From an uncultured Flavobacteriales bacterium (lineage in GTDB: Bacteria > Bacteroidota > Bacteroidia > Flavobacteriales_D > Crocinitomicaceae): a stretch of 64,000 nucleotides of DNA. Position numbers and translations under genes: made by a program. The stretch covers positions 236 through 64,235 of the forward strand of contig CAIOSO010000149.1 in NCBI GenBank assembly GCA_903860985.1, read 5' to 3'. Below, piece by piece: positions 30,206-40,750 of the stretch (the stretch's first letter is position 1; the number at the start of each line of letters is the position of its first letter). The notes beneath the pieces are model-generated. The model saw only the letters and a program-made list of their open reading frames with translations, was not told where the DNA came from and searched no databases.

Positions 30206-30442
30206 ATGTCTGAAATCAAAGCTAAAGTTATCGCAATCATCGTGGATAAACTGAATGTTGAAGAAAGTGAAGTAACTAACGAAGCGAGCTTCACAAATGA
30301 CTTAGGTGCCGATTCATTGGATACCGTTGAGTTAATCATGGAATTCGAGAAGCAATTCAATATTTCCATTCCAGACGATAAAGCAGAAGGCATCCAAACG
30401 GTTGGAGACGCTGTTGCTTATATCGAAAGTAATGTGAATTAA
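30206..30442 (+). CDS. acpP: Acyl carrier protein
   Basis: 78 aa with the [16 protein letters not shown] phosphopantetheine site. Confidence 0.97.
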   Translation: MSEIKAKVIAIIVDKLNVEESEVTNEASFTNDLGADSLDTVELIMEFEKQFNISIPDDKAEGIQTVGDAVAYIESNVN

Positions 30443-30469
30443 TATTTACTGAATCCAATTTAAACAGGC

Positions 30470-31723
30470 ATGCAATTAAAACGAGTAGTCGTAACTGGCC
30501 TTGGTGCATTGACACCAATCGGTAATAATTTGCAAGAGTATTGGGATGGATTACTTGCTGGAAAAAGCGGTGCTGCACCCATTCAGCAATTCGATGCTTC
30601 CTTGTTCAAGACTCAGTTTGCCTGTGAGTTGAAGGGATTCAATGTAGAAGAGCACATTGATAAAAAAGAAGCCCGTAAACTCGATCAATTTTCGCAGTAT
30701 GCCATAGTTACCGCAACGGAAGCTATGGCAGACTCTGCATTGATGGAGTCTAATCCAAATTGCGACCGTATTGGGGTAATTTGGGGTTCGGGAGTCGGTG
30801 GACTTAAAACATTTCAAGAAGAAGCGCGCGAGTATTTCGCGGGTGATGGAACCCCTCGTTTCAATCCGTTTTTCATTCCAAAGATGATCGCCGATATTGC
30901 AGCAGGACACATCTCCATTAAATTTGGATTGCGCGGACCGAATTACGTATGTGTTTCGGCTTGTGCTTCCGCAACAAATGCCATTATTGATGCCTTTAAC
31001 TTAATTCGTTTAGGAAAAGCAGATGCCATCGTAACAGGTGGATCAGAAGCTGGAGTAAACGAAATGGGAATGGGCGGATTTAATGCGCTTAAAGCATTGT
31101 CTACAAGAAACGATTCTCCAGAAACTGCCTCTCGTCCATTTGATTTGGATCGAGATGGATTTGTTTTAGGCGAAGGCTCAGGAGCACTTATTTTAGAAGA
31201 ATACGAACACGCGATTAAACGCGGGGCTAAAATTTATGCTGAGGTTGTCGGTGGCGGAATGTCTGGTGATGCCTATCACATGACCGCTCCTCATCCTGAT
31301 GGAATCGGTGCTAGAAATACCATGTTAGCGGCCCTTGAGGATGCAGAAATCACACCTGATCAAATTGATTACGTAAATGTTCACGGGACATCTACTCCGC
31401 TAGGAGACATCGCTGAGGTTAAGGCGATTCAAGCTGTTTTTGGCGACCACGCATATAAGATGAACATTAGCTCAACAAAGTCCATGACAGGTCACCTATT
31501 AGGTGCTGCCGGGGCGATTGAAGCGGTTGCGTGTGTGATGTCTGTAATGCATGACATCGTTCCTCCAACCATCAATCATTTTACAGATGATCCAGGACTA
31601 GATCCAAAGTTGAATTTTACCTTCCATACCCCACAAAAACGAACCGTGAATATTGCGCTTTCCAATACATTTGGATTTGGCGGACACAACACGAGTATTA
31701 TTGTCAAAAAATTTAATTCTTAA
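30470..31723 (+). CDS. fabF: Beta-ketoacyl-ACP synthase II
   Basis: 417 aa. RVVVTGLG...SACASA active-site Cys...HGTSTP...GHLLGAAG. Confidence 0.96.
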   Translation: MQLKRVVVTGLGALTPIGNNLQEYWDGLLAGKSGAAPIQQFDASLFKTQFACELKGFNVEEHIDKKEARKLDQFSQYAIVTATEAMADSALMESNPNCDRIGVIWGSGVGGLKTFQEEAREYFAGDGTPRFNPFFIPKMIADIAAGHISIKFGLRGPNYVCVSACASATNAIIDAFNLIRLGKADAIVTGGSEAGVNEMGMGGFNALKALSTRNDSPETASRPFDLDRDGFVLGEGSGALILEEYEHAIKRGAKIYAEVVGGGMSGDAYHMTAPHPDGIGARNTMLAALEDAEITPDQIDYVNVHGTSTPLGDIAEVKAIQAVFGDHAYKMNISSTKSMTGHLLGAAGAIEAVACVMSVMHDIVPPTINHFTDDPGLDPKLNFTFHTPQKRTVNIALSNTFGFGGHNTSIIVKKFNS

Positions 31724-31740
31724 GTGCTCTGAAGCTCCCT

Positions 31741-32445
31741 TTGTTTTCAACTAAAAGAACAGAGGATGAGTTAAACATCATTCGGTTCGTCCTCAAACAT
31801 TTTGGGTATAAGCCGGTAAATGTGTCGTTTTTTAAACGAGCATTAACCCACAAATCCTTTTTGCCCGAAGAAAAGCACGATTTTGCCAATGAACGTTTAG
31901 AGTTCTTGGGGGACTCCATTTTGGATGCGGTAGTTGCGGAATTCCTTTATACAAAATATCCGGATGATGATGAAGGCTATTTAACCAAATTAAAGTCCCG
32001 CATTGTCAACCGTAAATCCCTTGCAGCAATCGGAGAAAAAATGAATATCCGCAGCATGCTGATTTACAATCAAGCGAGAAGCATCAACTTAGCGACCCTT
32101 GAAGGAAATGCTTTTGAAGCCATTATTGGCGCCATTTATTTAGATGGAGGATTTGAAAAAACGAAGGCCGTGTTAATCAAACAGGTGTTTCGTAATTATT
32201 TAAATTTTAATCAATTACTGTCCGAGGAGCTGGATTTCAAATCAAAGTTATTCATCTGGTGCCAAAAGAAAAAACTCCCCTTAGAATTTCAATTAGTTGA
32301 GGAAATACACTTAAACGGACAATGGAATTATGAGATGGCAGTACTGGTAAATCGCACAGAATATGGCAGAGGTAAAGGATTTTCAAAGAAGGATGCTGAA
32401 CAAGCTGCGGCAAGAGAAACCTTGCAATTAATGGGAGAAATTTAA
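31741..32445 (+). CDS. rnc: Ribonuclease III
   Basis: ALTHKSF...NERLEFLGDSILD signature and a C-terminal dsRBD (GKGFSKKDAEQAAA). It starts with a TTG; no in-frame ATG lies upstream of the catalytic motif. Confidence 0.92.
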   Translation: MFSTKRTEDELNIIRFVLKHFGYKPVNVSFFKRALTHKSFLPEEKHDFANERLEFLGDSILDAVVAEFLYTKYPDDDEGYLTKLKSRIVNRKSLAAIGEKMNIRSMLIYNQARSINLATLEGNAFEAIIGAIYLDGGFEKTKAVLIKQVFRNYLNFNQLLSEELDFKSKLFIWCQKKKLPLEFQLVEEIHLNGQWNYEMAVLVNRTEYGRGKGFSKKDAEQAAARETLQLMGEI

Positions 32446-32503
32446 TCAGATGCTAGCTTTGCGTTGATTTTTATTATACTTTTGTTTATCAAAGTTCAAT
32501 AAC

Positions 32504-32731
32504 ATGACAACTACAGAAATTATTTACGCGATTGGTGACCTTTTTCAATGGTCTTTTGGTTTTTTCGAATTCGTAGGAAATAACTTTAATACGATGTTAA
32601 TCATTTTAGGGTTTTTCGGTTTCGGATATTGGATGAATGCCCAACGTAAAATGAGCGCAAAAGCAAATGTTCCGGTAGACGTGAAAGAAAATGTAGGCTG
32701 GTACAAAAAAGAAAATCAAAAATTGAAATAA
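32504..32731 (+). CDS. Small membrane protein, function unknown
   Basis: 75 aa with one or two hydrophobic helices, followed by a terminator. Confidence 0.55.
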   Translation: MTTTEIIYAIGDLFQWSFGFFEFVGNNFNTMLIILGFFGFGYWMNAQRKMSAKANVPVDVKENVGWYKKENQKLK

Positions 32732-32752
32732 TTCCTTAATGATAGAATTGTT

Positions 32753-32784
32753 AAAGTCCACTTGAAAAAGCGGACTTTTTTTTT
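32753..32784 (+). terminator. Rho-independent terminator (plus strand)
   Basis: AAAGTCCAC...GCGGACTTT imperfect hairpin followed by a T-run to 32784. Confidence 0.65.
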
Positions 32785-32788
32785 GCGC

Positions 32789-32814
32789 AAAAAAAGTAGG
32801 CTTCATGAGCCTAC
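32789..32814 (-). terminator. Rho-independent terminator of sdhCAB
   Basis: Perfect 7-bp stem GTAGGCT/AGCCTAC (32796-32814), followed in minus sense by TTTTTTT (plus-strand A-run 32789-32795). Confidence 0.75.
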
Positions 32815-32838
32815 TTCTAATCATTTATGAAATGGCGA

Positions 32839-33603
32839 CTATGATTTTGTCAAAGCACCTTTTAAAAACTCTCTATTCATGCGTGCGATGTTCTCAATGG
32901 AAATTCCTTTTGGACATTCAATTTCACAAGCGCCGGTATTTGTACAGTTTCCGAATCCTTCTTCGTCCATTTGACGCACCATGTTCAATACACGATCTGT
33001 CGCTTCTATTTTTCCTTGAGGCAATAATGCATACTGTGAAACTTTTGCTCCAACAAACAACATGGCCGAACCGTTTTTACACGAAGCAACACAAGCTCCA
33101 CATCCAATACAAGCGGCGGCCTGAAATGCTTTGTCTGCATCAGCTTTAGCAATCGGAATAGCATTAGCGTCCATCGTGCGTCCAGATGTGTTTACAGAGA
33201 CGAATCCACCTGCTTGTTGAATACGGTCAAACGCACTGCGATCAACCATTAAATCTTTGATGATTGGGAAAGCACGAGATCTCCATGGTTCAACATAGAT
33301 GGTATCCCCATCTTTAAACTTGCGCATGTGTAATTGACACGTTGTGTTACCTGAGTCTGGACCGTGTGCACGACCATTGATGTACAATGAACACATTCCA
33401 CAGATTCCCTCACGACAATCATGATCAAATGTAATGGGTGATTGTTTCTCATTGATCAGTTGTTCGTTCAATTGATCCAACATCTCTAAGAAAGAGCTAT
33501 CAGTAGAAACATCATTTAATGAATAGGTCTCTAATGCCCCTTTGGCATTTGAATTTTTCTGTCTCCAGATTTTCAAGGTGATATTAATGAACTTAGAAGC
33601 CAT
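32839..33603 (-). CDS. sdhB: Succinate dehydrogenase / fumarate reductase iron-sulfur subunit
   Basis: 254 aa with cysteine clusters [20 protein letters not shown] and [12 protein letters not shown]. Confidence 0.95.
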   Translation of the reverse strand: MASKFINITLKIWRQKNSNAKGALETYSLNDVSTDSSFLEMLDQLNEQLINEKQSPITFDHDCREGICGMCSLYINGRAHGPDSGNTTCQLHMRKFKDGDTIYVEPWRSRAFPIIKDLMVDRSAFDRIQQAGGFVSVNTSGRTMDANAIPIAKADADKAFQAAACIGCGACVASCKNGSAMLFVGAKVSQYALLPQGKIEATDRVLNMVRQMDEEGFGNCTNTGACEIECPKGISIENIARMNREFLKGALTKS

Positions 33604-33617
33604 AATGTCTTTCTTAA

Positions 33618-35630
33618 TTATTTGTAATTTCTATCTGCTATTTTGATAAACTCGTAATTCAACTCTTCTTTATGAAGCGTAGATTGTTTAGAATCTGACC
33701 CTTGATATTCCCAAGCGGCTACGTATTTGAAGTTTTTGTCATCACGTAACGTCTCGCCTTCAGCGTCTTGGTGTTCTTCACGGAAGTGACCACCACACGA
33801 TTCTTCACGGTGTAGCGCATCCACTGCCATTAATTGACCCAATTCAATAAGATCTGCTACACGCATCACTTTTTCCAATTCAGGATTCATTTCGTCAGAG
33901 CTTCCTGGAACATATACGTCCTTGTAAAATTCCTCTCGCAACAATCCAATTTCTTCAATCGCTTGTTTCAATCCTTGTTCATTACGAGCCATTCCAACTT
34001 TGTTCCACATGATTAATCCCAAACGCTTATGGAAGTGATCTACTGATTTGGAACCGTTGTTGTTTAAGAAACGATCAATGCTTTCTTTTACTTCGTTTTC
34101 TGCTACCTCAAATTCAGGTCCATCAGTTGAAATTTTTCCTGTGCGGATTTCATTTGAGAGATAATCTGAAACGGTATATGGAGCCACGAAATAACCATCT
34201 GCTAATCCTTGCATCAATGCTGATGCCCCAAGTCTGTTTGCTCCGTGCTCAGAGAAATTCGCTTCTCCTGTCACGAAACAACCTTCGATGGTACTCTGTA
34301 AGTTATAATCAACCCAAACGCCACCCATTGTGTAGTGAACAGCTGGATAAATTTTCATTGGAGTTTCGTATGGATTTTCATCAGTGATTTTTTGATACAT
34401 CTGGAACAAGTTCCCGTATTTTTCCTCAATCCATTTTTTACCTAATTCAATCATGCGCTCTTCCGTCGGATCGTGATCTCCTAAAGCATATGCTGCCTGC
34501 TTTCCTTTGCTTTTAATTTCAGAAGAAAAATCTAAATATACACCTTCATTCGTGTCGTTTGCTTCAATTCCACAACCCGCATCACAGCGTTCTTTTGCGG
34601 CGCGAGAGGCAACATCGCGAGGAACTAAGTTACCAAATGCAGGGTAACGTCTTTCCAAGAAGTAATCTCTTTCTTCTTCTGAGATTTGAGTGGGTTTTAA
34701 TTGCCCAGCTCTGATCGCTTCAGCATCTTCCTTTTTCTTAGGAACCCAAATTCTACCTGAGTTTCTTAAGGACTCAGACATCAAGGTTAATTTTGATTGA
34801 TTCGTTCCGTGAACCGGAACACATGTTGGGTGAATTTGAACAAAACATGGGTTAGCGAATAACGCTCCTCTTTTGTGAACTTTCCATGCAGCAGAAACAT
34901 TGCTTCCCATCGCATTGGTCGAAAGGAAGTATACATTTCCATAACCTCCTGACGCAATCACCACTGCGTGTGCAGAATGACGCTCCAATTCACCAGTTAC
35001 TAAGTTACGCGCAATAATTCCACGTGCTTTTCCATCGATTTTCACCAAGTCCATCATTTCATGACGGTGGTACATTTTTACACGACCTAATCCTATCTGA
35101 CGAGATAAGGCTGAATAAGCACCTAACAATAATTGTTGTCCAGTTTGTCCAGCTGCATAAAACGTACGTTGAACTTGTGTCCCACCAAATGAACGGTTAT
35201 CTAGTAATCCTCCGTATTCACGGGCAAAAGGAACTCCTTGAGCCACACACTGGTCGATGATGTTTCCAGAAACCTCTGCCAAACGATGAACATTTGCTTC
35301 ACGTGCACGGTAGTCTCCTCCTTTAATGGTATCATAAAACAAACGGTAAACGGAGTCACCATCGTTTTGGTAATTTTTCGCTGCATTGATTCCACCTTGT
35401 GCGGCAATTGAGTGCGCGCGACGCGGAGAATCCTGAAAACAGAACGCTTTCACGTTATATCCCATCTCACCTAGAGACGCAGCAGCCGATGCTCCGGCCA
35501 ATCCTGTTCCAACAACAATCACGTCAATTTTTGGACGATTGTTAGGAGCAACCAATTTCATGTGATTTTTGTGGTTTGTCCACTTATCAGCAATTGATCC
35601 TTCTGGAATTTTTGAGTTTAATTTTGACAT
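33618..35630 (-). CDS. sdhA: Succinate dehydrogenase / fumarate reductase flavoprotein subunit
   Basis: 670 aa. [15 protein letters not shown] motif, [13 protein letters not shown] covalent-FAD His region, HYTMGG. Confidence 0.96.
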   Translation of the reverse strand: MSKLNSKIPEGSIADKWTNHKNHMKLVAPNNRPKIDVIVVGTGLAGASAAASLGEMGYNVKAFCFQDSPRRAHSIAAQGGINAAKNYQNDGDSVYRLFYDTIKGGDYRAREANVHRLAEVSGNIIDQCVAQGVPFAREYGGLLDNRSFGGTQVQRTFYAAGQTGQQLLLGAYSALSRQIGLGRVKMYHRHEMMDLVKIDGKARGIIARNLVTGELERHSAHAVVIASGGYGNVYFLSTNAMGSNVSAAWKVHKRGALFANPCFVQIHPTCVPVHGTNQSKLTLMSESLRNSGRIWVPKKKEDAEAIRAGQLKPTQISEEERDYFLERRYPAFGNLVPRDVASRAAKERCDAGCGIEANDTNEGVYLDFSSEIKSKGKQAAYALGDHDPTEERMIELGKKWIEEKYGNLFQMYQKITDENPYETPMKIYPAVHYTMGGVWVDYNLQSTIEGCFVTGEANFSEHGANRLGASALMQGLADGYFVAPYTVSDYLSNEIRTGKISTDGPEFEVAENEVKESIDRFLNNNGSKSVDHFHKRLGLIMWNKVGMARNEQGLKQAIEEIGLLREEFYKDVYVPGSSDEMNPELEKVMRVADLIELGQLMAVDALHREESCGGHFREEHQDAEGETLRDDKNFKYVAAWEYQGSDSKQSTLHKEELNYEFIKIADRNYK

Positions 35631-35643
35631 AATCCTGTTTTTC

Positions 35644-36549
35644 CTAATGGTTCATGTAAATAATAACGGGAATAATTGCGAATAAGAAAGGCACAACAAT
35701 ACTGAAGGCCATCCCAATTTTCTTAATAATCGGCGTATAAAGTGGGTGATTCAATCCCAAAGATTGAAACGCAGATGCAAATCCGTGCCACAAGTGATAT
35801 CCTAAAACAATCATGGAAATCACATAAAATAGAACACCAAATAGCGCGCTGGAATTATTTTTATCAAAGAATGTCATCACAACGGTATGTAAATCTTTGT
35901 ACCCTTCTCCGATTTTAACGCCAGAAGTAATGTCGTAAAATTCGTGTTTGTTTTTAATGTCAAATAATTTTTGTTCTTGTCCAGTACTTGGATCCTTCAC
36001 TTTGAATTGCTGATAAGTACCATTCGTATTTAAATAATGCGTGACTTCGATCGGCTTAGTAATCATTTCACCGGTTGCTGGATTTTGTCCTACAGGATAA
36101 TCCACCGTTTTCACTAGCGAGTGTAATGGAATTTCTTCCGTGATCTTCGCTTTCCACCAGAAATTAGCCATGTGTGTCGCTAGGAACACCAAAATCAAAG
36201 TTCCTAAAATCGCCATGTTTCTAGACGCAGTTCCAGAATTTGCTTTTGGATTATTGTAGGCATACTTAACTGGACGCGCTTTCTTGTTTTGAATGGTCAA
36301 CATAATTCCGTCGACAGCATGAATGATCAACGCGATGTACGTAACATAAGACAAGACTTTAATGAATACATTATGCCCCATGAAGTAAGCGTATTCATTG
36401 AAGGCACGACGTCCTTCCTCACCTGTTTTGAAAATTAGTTGTAGGTTACCGAGTAGGTGACCTACAAGGAAAGTACATAAGAACAATCCCGTCAACGCCA
36501 TGAAGTATTTCTTAGCGATGGATGATTTAAATAATACAGAGTTACTCAT
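35644..36549 (-). CDS. sdhC: Succinate dehydrogenase cytochrome b subunit (b558 family, 5 TM) with a long extra loop
   Basis: Heme-ligand histidines sit in predicted helices ([29 protein letters not shown]). The gene heads the sdhCAB operon. At 301 aa it is longer than family members I recall. Confidence 0.85.
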   Translation of the reverse strand: MSNSVLFKSSIAKKYFMALTGLFLCTFLVGHLLGNLQLIFKTGEEGRRAFNEYAYFMGHNVFIKVLSYVTYIALIIHAVDGIMLTIQNKKARPVKYAYNNPKANSGTASRNMAILGTLILVFLATHMANFWWKAKITEEIPLHSLVKTVDYPVGQNPATGEMITKPIEVTHYLNTNGTYQQFKVKDPSTGQEQKLFDIKNKHEFYDITSGVKIGEGYKDLHTVVMTFFDKNNSSALFGVLFYVISMIVLGYHLWHGFASAFQSLGLNHPLYTPIIKKIGMAFSIVVPFLFAIIPVIIYMNH

Positions 36550-36572
36550 AATTGTTAACCATTAATGTGCTG

Positions 36573-36580
36573 CAAATTTA
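36573..36580 (-). promoter_or_regulatory. Candidate -7 promoter box (TAAATTTG) for sdhCAB
   Basis: Exact TAnnTTTG on the minus strand, 23 nt upstream of the sdhC ATG. Confidence 0.4.
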
Positions 36581-36617
36581 CTTCTAACTAACCACAAAAA
36601 AGGAATTTTTTCTCTAT

Positions 36618-37532
36618 TTAGAATGAATTTAGATAACATAGATCCGCAGTCAATTTATCCACCTTTAATTTAACATTTGCTCCAACGATAACAGATCGAT
36701 TATCTGAAAAATGTCCTATGGGAAAATGATAACAAATGGGAATTTGGGAATACTTGAAATGCTGAGAAACAATTTCTTCAATTGTTAATCCTGTTGGATT
36801 ATCCGTGTCCTCTAAATCCGTCATTCCACCAATAATTAATCCCTTGATTTTCGATAGCGCACCTGTTTTTTTCAGTGCGAAAAACATGCGGTCTAAGTGG
36901 TAAAGTTGTTCTGCAAGATCCTCCAAAAACAAAATGGAATGGTCAAATGTATAGGAGTCATCCGTGCCAAGCATGCTAAATACGATACTTAAATTTCCAC
37001 CAATTAATACGCCATCTGCTTCTCCGAGTTTATTGGATTTATTTGCAGGACATGTAATAACGGGGCTTTCGCCACGCAAAATGGTCAACATCGTATCCAA
37101 TGCTTCCGAGGTGTTTTTTTCAAAATTAAGTGGCATCGAACCATGTATGCTTTGTATGCCTAAGCGCATTAAGCGGTGATGAAAGACCGTAATATCACTA
37201 AATCCAATCACCCATCTGGGTTCTCTCAGCATGTTAGCCCAATTTATTTCATCAACGATGCGAACACAGCCATATCCTCCCCGCGCGCACAAAATAGCCT
37301 TCACTTCAGGATGGTCTACTCCATACTGCATGTCTGCCGTTCGTTCTTCGTCCGTTCCTGAAAAATAACGATGCTCGCCCAGACAATGCGAACTTAGAAG
37401 TACGCGGAACCCCTTTTCTTCTAAAAAAGTTTTCGCGAAAAAAACAGATTCGGCATCCGTTGCTTTCGCTGGTGCTGTGATGTAAATTAAATCACCTTCT
37501 TTTAATGGGGGAGGAGTGATCATCTCGTTCAT
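36618..37532 (-). CDS. LD-carboxypeptidase (peptidase S66, LdcA-like)
   Basis: 304 aa. ARGGYG...GFSDIT nucleophile-Ser motif. 4-nt overlap with ispD upstream. Confidence 0.85.
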   Translation of the reverse strand: MNEMITPPPLKEGDLIYITAPAKATDAESVFFAKTFLEEKGFRVLLSSHCLGEHRYFSGTDEERTADMQYGVDHPEVKAILCARGGYGCVRIVDEINWANMLREPRWVIGFSDITVFHHRLMRLGIQSIHGSMPLNFEKNTSEALDTMLTILRGESPVITCPANKSNKLGEADGVLIGGNLSIVFSMLGTDDSYTFDHSILFLEDLAEQLYHLDRMFFALKKTGALSKIKGLIIGGMTDLEDTDNPTGLTIEEIVSQHFKYSQIPICYHFPIGHFSDNRSVIVGANVKLKVDKLTADLCYLNSF

Positions 37533-38194
37533 TTATGTGAAAGGAGTGCGTCTGCATAAGTTAGGTCACTCATCGTGGTGATTTTAATATTTTCTTCGTT
37601 GCTTTCAACAAAATACGGCTCAATTCCCATCCATTCTACTACACTGGCGTCATCTGTCATCCCCTTTTGAAAACTAGTTTGATACGCTTTTTTTAAGGTA
37701 TTGGCTTCAAAACACTGCGGTGTATGCACCAATTTGAAGTCACTACGATTGACCATTTTGGACCCATCTGAAGAAAGCATGCGCAAGGAATCTTTTACGT
37801 CAAGTACAGGAATGACACTGAGGGAATGCTGCAGCGCTTCTTGGCAACGATGAATCGTTTCGTGACTAACCAATGGACGTACTCCGTCGTGCACCATGAT
37901 GAAATCACCTTGACAATGTGCTAAAGCTAATTGAATAGAGTGAAAGCGCTCTTCTCCACCCGCAACAACGGTATGTGGAATTTGACAGTGGGACCGAAGG
38001 ATTAATTCTTCCCAGTAGGGAATCCAATCAAGCGGCAGGGTGATGATGATGTTTAATGTCGGATCATACGAATGGAATATTTCCAAACAATGAAGTAAAA
38101 TTGACTTGCCTTGAATCTCAAGAAATTGTTTGGGTAACTCAGTCCCCATTCGCTTTCCAATTCCTCCCGCGGTAATGATGACAGATCCGTTCAT
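37529..38194 (-). CDS. ispD: 2-C-methyl-D-erythritol 4-phosphate cytidylyltransferase
   Basis: 221 aa. IITAGGIGKRMG...PKQFL...VHDGVRP motifs. Confidence 0.92.
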   Translation of the reverse strand: MNGSVIITAGGIGKRMGTELPKQFLEIQGKSILLHCLEIFHSYDPTLNIIITLPLDWIPYWEELILRSHCQIPHTVVAGGEERFHSIQLALAHCQGDFIMVHDGVRPLVSHETIHRCQEALQHSLSVIPVLDVKDSLRMLSSDGSKMVNRSDFKLVHTPQCFEANTLKKAYQTSFQKGMTDDASVVEWMGIEPYFVESNEENIKITTMSDLTYADALLSHK

Positions 38195-38224
38195 AACGAT
38201 TCAAAAATAAGAAATACGAGGGAA

Positions 38225-39121
38225 TTAATGCTGAAGAATTTTTATTCTTTGTGGCAAGATGGAAATCTCGAAACGCGAGCCACTTAAATATTCCCCATCT
38301 GTTTCTGCATGAAGACATCCCTCATCTGCAAGAATCACCAGTTCATTGCTCTCAAAATAAAGCGCTTCTGGGTGAATAATGCGTTTGCCTCTTTTCACCT
38401 TTACAACGTTTAAAAGGTAATCCAACATAGAAACTTTTCCTAAGATGGTCATATTGAGTTTCCCGTCATGAATGGATGCGCCTGGATGAATGTGTAGCCC
38501 ATTTCCAAAAATCGCACCGTTGCATGCTGCGGCTAATAATAATTCTCCCTTGTATGGAAAGGATTCCGATTCAATGCGAACATGTGGACGCTTATAACCA
38601 ACAAAGGTTTTTAAAATAGCTAAGCCGTATGAAAAACTAGGGCCAAATTGTTTGCGAAATTGATTCAAAGAAAGAACTACAGCCCCACCAAATCCAATAT
38701 CTGCAACATTCATGAAATACCGTGTTTCTTTTTCCGTTTGAATTTTCCCAATGTCACAAGGGATTGTTTTTCTATCCGTTAATGCCGTCATAAATGCTTC
38801 GATTTTAAATGGGTTCAATCCAGCACTTTGAAAAAAGTCATTTCCTGTACCAATTGGAACAATCGCAATGGCGGGCAATGCTTCTTGGTCTGAAGTCAAG
38901 AGCCCATTCATGATTTCATTCAATGTTCCGTCGCCGCCAATAGCAATGATTACATCCACTTTGGAAGCGTATTCTCCTGCGATTTCAATGAGTTCTTTTT
39001 CAAACCGGGACTCAATCACTTGAAAATCACTGCCCCATTTTGTTTGACATTGTGCAATAAGTTCAAGGATGACCGAACTTTTTTTCTTGCTGCCATTCAA
39101 TAAACAAAGTGTTTTTGACAT
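38225..39121 (-). CDS. Diacylglycerol-kinase-catalytic-domain lipid kinase (YegS/BmrU-like)
   Basis: 298 aa. IAIGGDGTLNE and PIGTGNDF motifs. Confidence 0.85.
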   Translation of the reverse strand: MSKTLCLLNGSKKKSSVILELIAQCQTKWGSDFQVIESRFEKELIEIAGEYASKVDVIIAIGGDGTLNEIMNGLLTSDQEALPAIAIVPIGTGNDFFQSAGLNPFKIEAFMTALTDRKTIPCDIGKIQTEKETRYFMNVADIGFGGAVVLSLNQFRKQFGPSFSYGLAILKTFVGYKRPHVRIESESFPYKGELLLAAACNGAIFGNGLHIHPGASIHDGKLNMTILGKVSMLDYLLNVVKVKRGKRIIHPEALYFESNELVILADEGCLHAETDGEYLSGSRFEISILPQRIKILQH

Positions 39122-39205
39122 CTATCAAAGTTAATGAAATCGACGAGAATCGGCAATCATCACAAACTCAATCCAAACCTTTTGGTCCAAGAAAAATCAA
39201 ATCAC

Positions 39206-39213
39206 TATCTTTG
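39206..39213 (+). promoter_or_regulatory. Candidate -7 promoter box (TATCTTTG) for the membrane-protein gene
   Basis: Exact TAnnTTTG, 4 nt before the ATG at 39218. This implies a very short or absent leader and argues against the 39134 start. Confidence 0.3.
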
Positions 39214-39217
39214 TCCC

Positions 39218-39946
39218 ATGATTATAGGTGCCGATTTTGAAAAAATAAGTGTGAAATGGGGAAACCTAATCGTTCTGGAACCCAATACCTTCTTGACGGA
39301 CACACTCTTGGCTTTCACCTGCATCTATTTGGCCATAAAAATCTGGAAAGGGCATTCAAAAAATCCATTTGTTAATTGGTATATGGCCTTTTTCTTTATG
39401 CTCGGGGTGAGTACATTCACGGGCGGACTCGGACATGCTTTTTATCATTATTGGGGTACGCCGGGTAAGTTTTTCGGTTGGTTTACAGCTGTATTGGCCG
39501 TTTTCTTCATTGAAAGAGCAATGATTTCTTTTGTATTTAACCAAAAGCTTCTAATAGTGTATAAATGGTTTTCCTGGGTGAAAATGATTGCTGTTTATGC
39601 TTTGGTGACTTGGCTTTGTTTAACCAAAAACGTAATGGAAAAACCGGAGATTGGATTCTTGCCAATAGCGATTAATACTATTATTGGAACCATTTTAAGC
39701 GCTGGAATCTTGGGTGTTGTTTTCTATCGAAAACACGCTGCTCCTTTCCATTTGTTTGCTATTGGCGTTCTTGCCATGTTGCCTGCTGCAGTCTTCTTCT
39801 TATGGAAAATAAACATACATCCTTGGATGGATAAAAACGATGTTGCGCACATTTTAGCATCGATAGGCAATGTGTTTTTTTACATAGGGATTGTCAAAGT
39901 GACGCCTGAGTTGAACCAGAAGTTTAATACTCAACACGAAGCGTAG
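39218..39946 (+). CDS. Polytopic membrane protein (about 7 TM), function unknown
   Basis: The ORF is open from 39134, but the first 28 aa are hydrophilic and overlap the divergent promoter region. ATG 39218 (MIIGADFEK...) is preferred. Confidence 0.6.
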   Translation: MIIGADFEKISVKWGNLIVLEPNTFLTDTLLAFTCIYLAIKIWKGHSKNPFVNWYMAFFFMLGVSTFTGGLGHAFYHYWGTPGKFFGWFTAVLAVFFIERAMISFVFNQKLLIVYKWFSWVKMIAVYALVTWLCLTKNVMEKPEIGFLPIAINTIIGTILSAGILGVVFYRKHAAPFHLFAIGVLAMLPAAVFFLWKINIHPWMDKNDVAHILASIGNVFFYIGIVKVTPELNQKFNTQHEA

Positions 39947-40748
39947 AATACTTGGTAATCGTTTTCCCTGTATCCGTTTTCCCTGTTAAATAGTAGATGT
40001 AGTTTCCTTTTGGACAACGATCACCATTCATGTTTTTTCCATCCCATGCCTCCTGAGTTTGTAAGCTCTTGAAAACAAGTTGGTTGGTTTGATCGAGAAT
40101 CACCAAACTGTAATCCACGAATGTATAGGCGCTTAAATCAATGCTGAATACGTCGTTGTTGCCATCTCCATTTGGAGTAAAAACATTAGGCAAAAGGATC
40201 GGCGCTTCTTCAACATTGGAAACGGGAATTATTGGCTGCTCAATTGGATTGTTATGAGCGGAAGTTAGTGAATGAGAAGTGCTGGATTGAACAGTAGAAG
40301 ATTGAGGCAAAGGAAGCGCGGGGACAACCACAGGTTCATTATTACTCCATGCAATACCTGGCCCAAACATCGGAGTCTCTTCACGGAGATATTCCGTTTG
40401 CTTAGGCTGAATGATTACTTGGGAATCTGTGTTCAATTCCTTATCCGATACGGTTGGGATTTCTGTTTTCGTCGCCCCAATTTTTTCGATAGGACGCTTA
40501 ACATTGACGAACGGTTTTTTAGTTGAAGTTGATGGTGGTTGATTCATAAACCAAACACCGCCAATCACTGCCGCGACACTTAATACACCAATGATTGATT
40601 TTGTTAAAATGGATAAGCCACTAGCCACTAGCGTTGTCCCTGTGGTAAGAGAAGAAGAAACAGAAGTCCATATTTCTGGACGTACAGGCAACCCATGATG
40701 CGCCAGCTTCTCTTGAAATAATTCTTTTATGAAATCTTTTTCTTCCAT
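39924..40748 (-). CDS. Anti-sigma-like single-pass membrane protein with a T9SS type B C-terminal sorting domain
   Basis: Its ATG is 2 nt after the sigma gene's stop. Layout: ~40-aa N-terminal segment, one TM helix (IIGVLSVAAVIGGVWF), a P/S/T-rich linker, then LPNVFTPNGDGNNDVF...WDGKNMNG...GNYIYYL. Confidence 0.75.
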   Translation of the reverse strand: MEEKDFIKELFQEKLAHHGLPVRPEIWTSVSSSLTTGTTLVASGLSILTKSIIGVLSVAAVIGGVWFMNQPPSTSTKKPFVNVKRPIEKIGATKTEIPTVSDKELNTDSQVIIQPKQTEYLREETPMFGPGIAWSNNEPVVVPALPLPQSSTVQSSTSHSLTSAHNNPIEQPIIPVSNVEEAPILLPNVFTPNGDGNNDVFSIDLSAYTFVDYSLVILDQTNQLVFKSLQTQEAWDGKNMNGDRCPKGNYIYYLTGKTDTGKTITKYSTLRVEY

Positions 40749-40750
40749 TT

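Noticed and set aside
39134-39217. Upstream start (39134) for the membrane protein
   Set aside because: The extra 28 aa are hydrophilic and span the divergent promoter region. An exact TAnnTTTG box at 39206-39213 would then lie inside the coding sequence.
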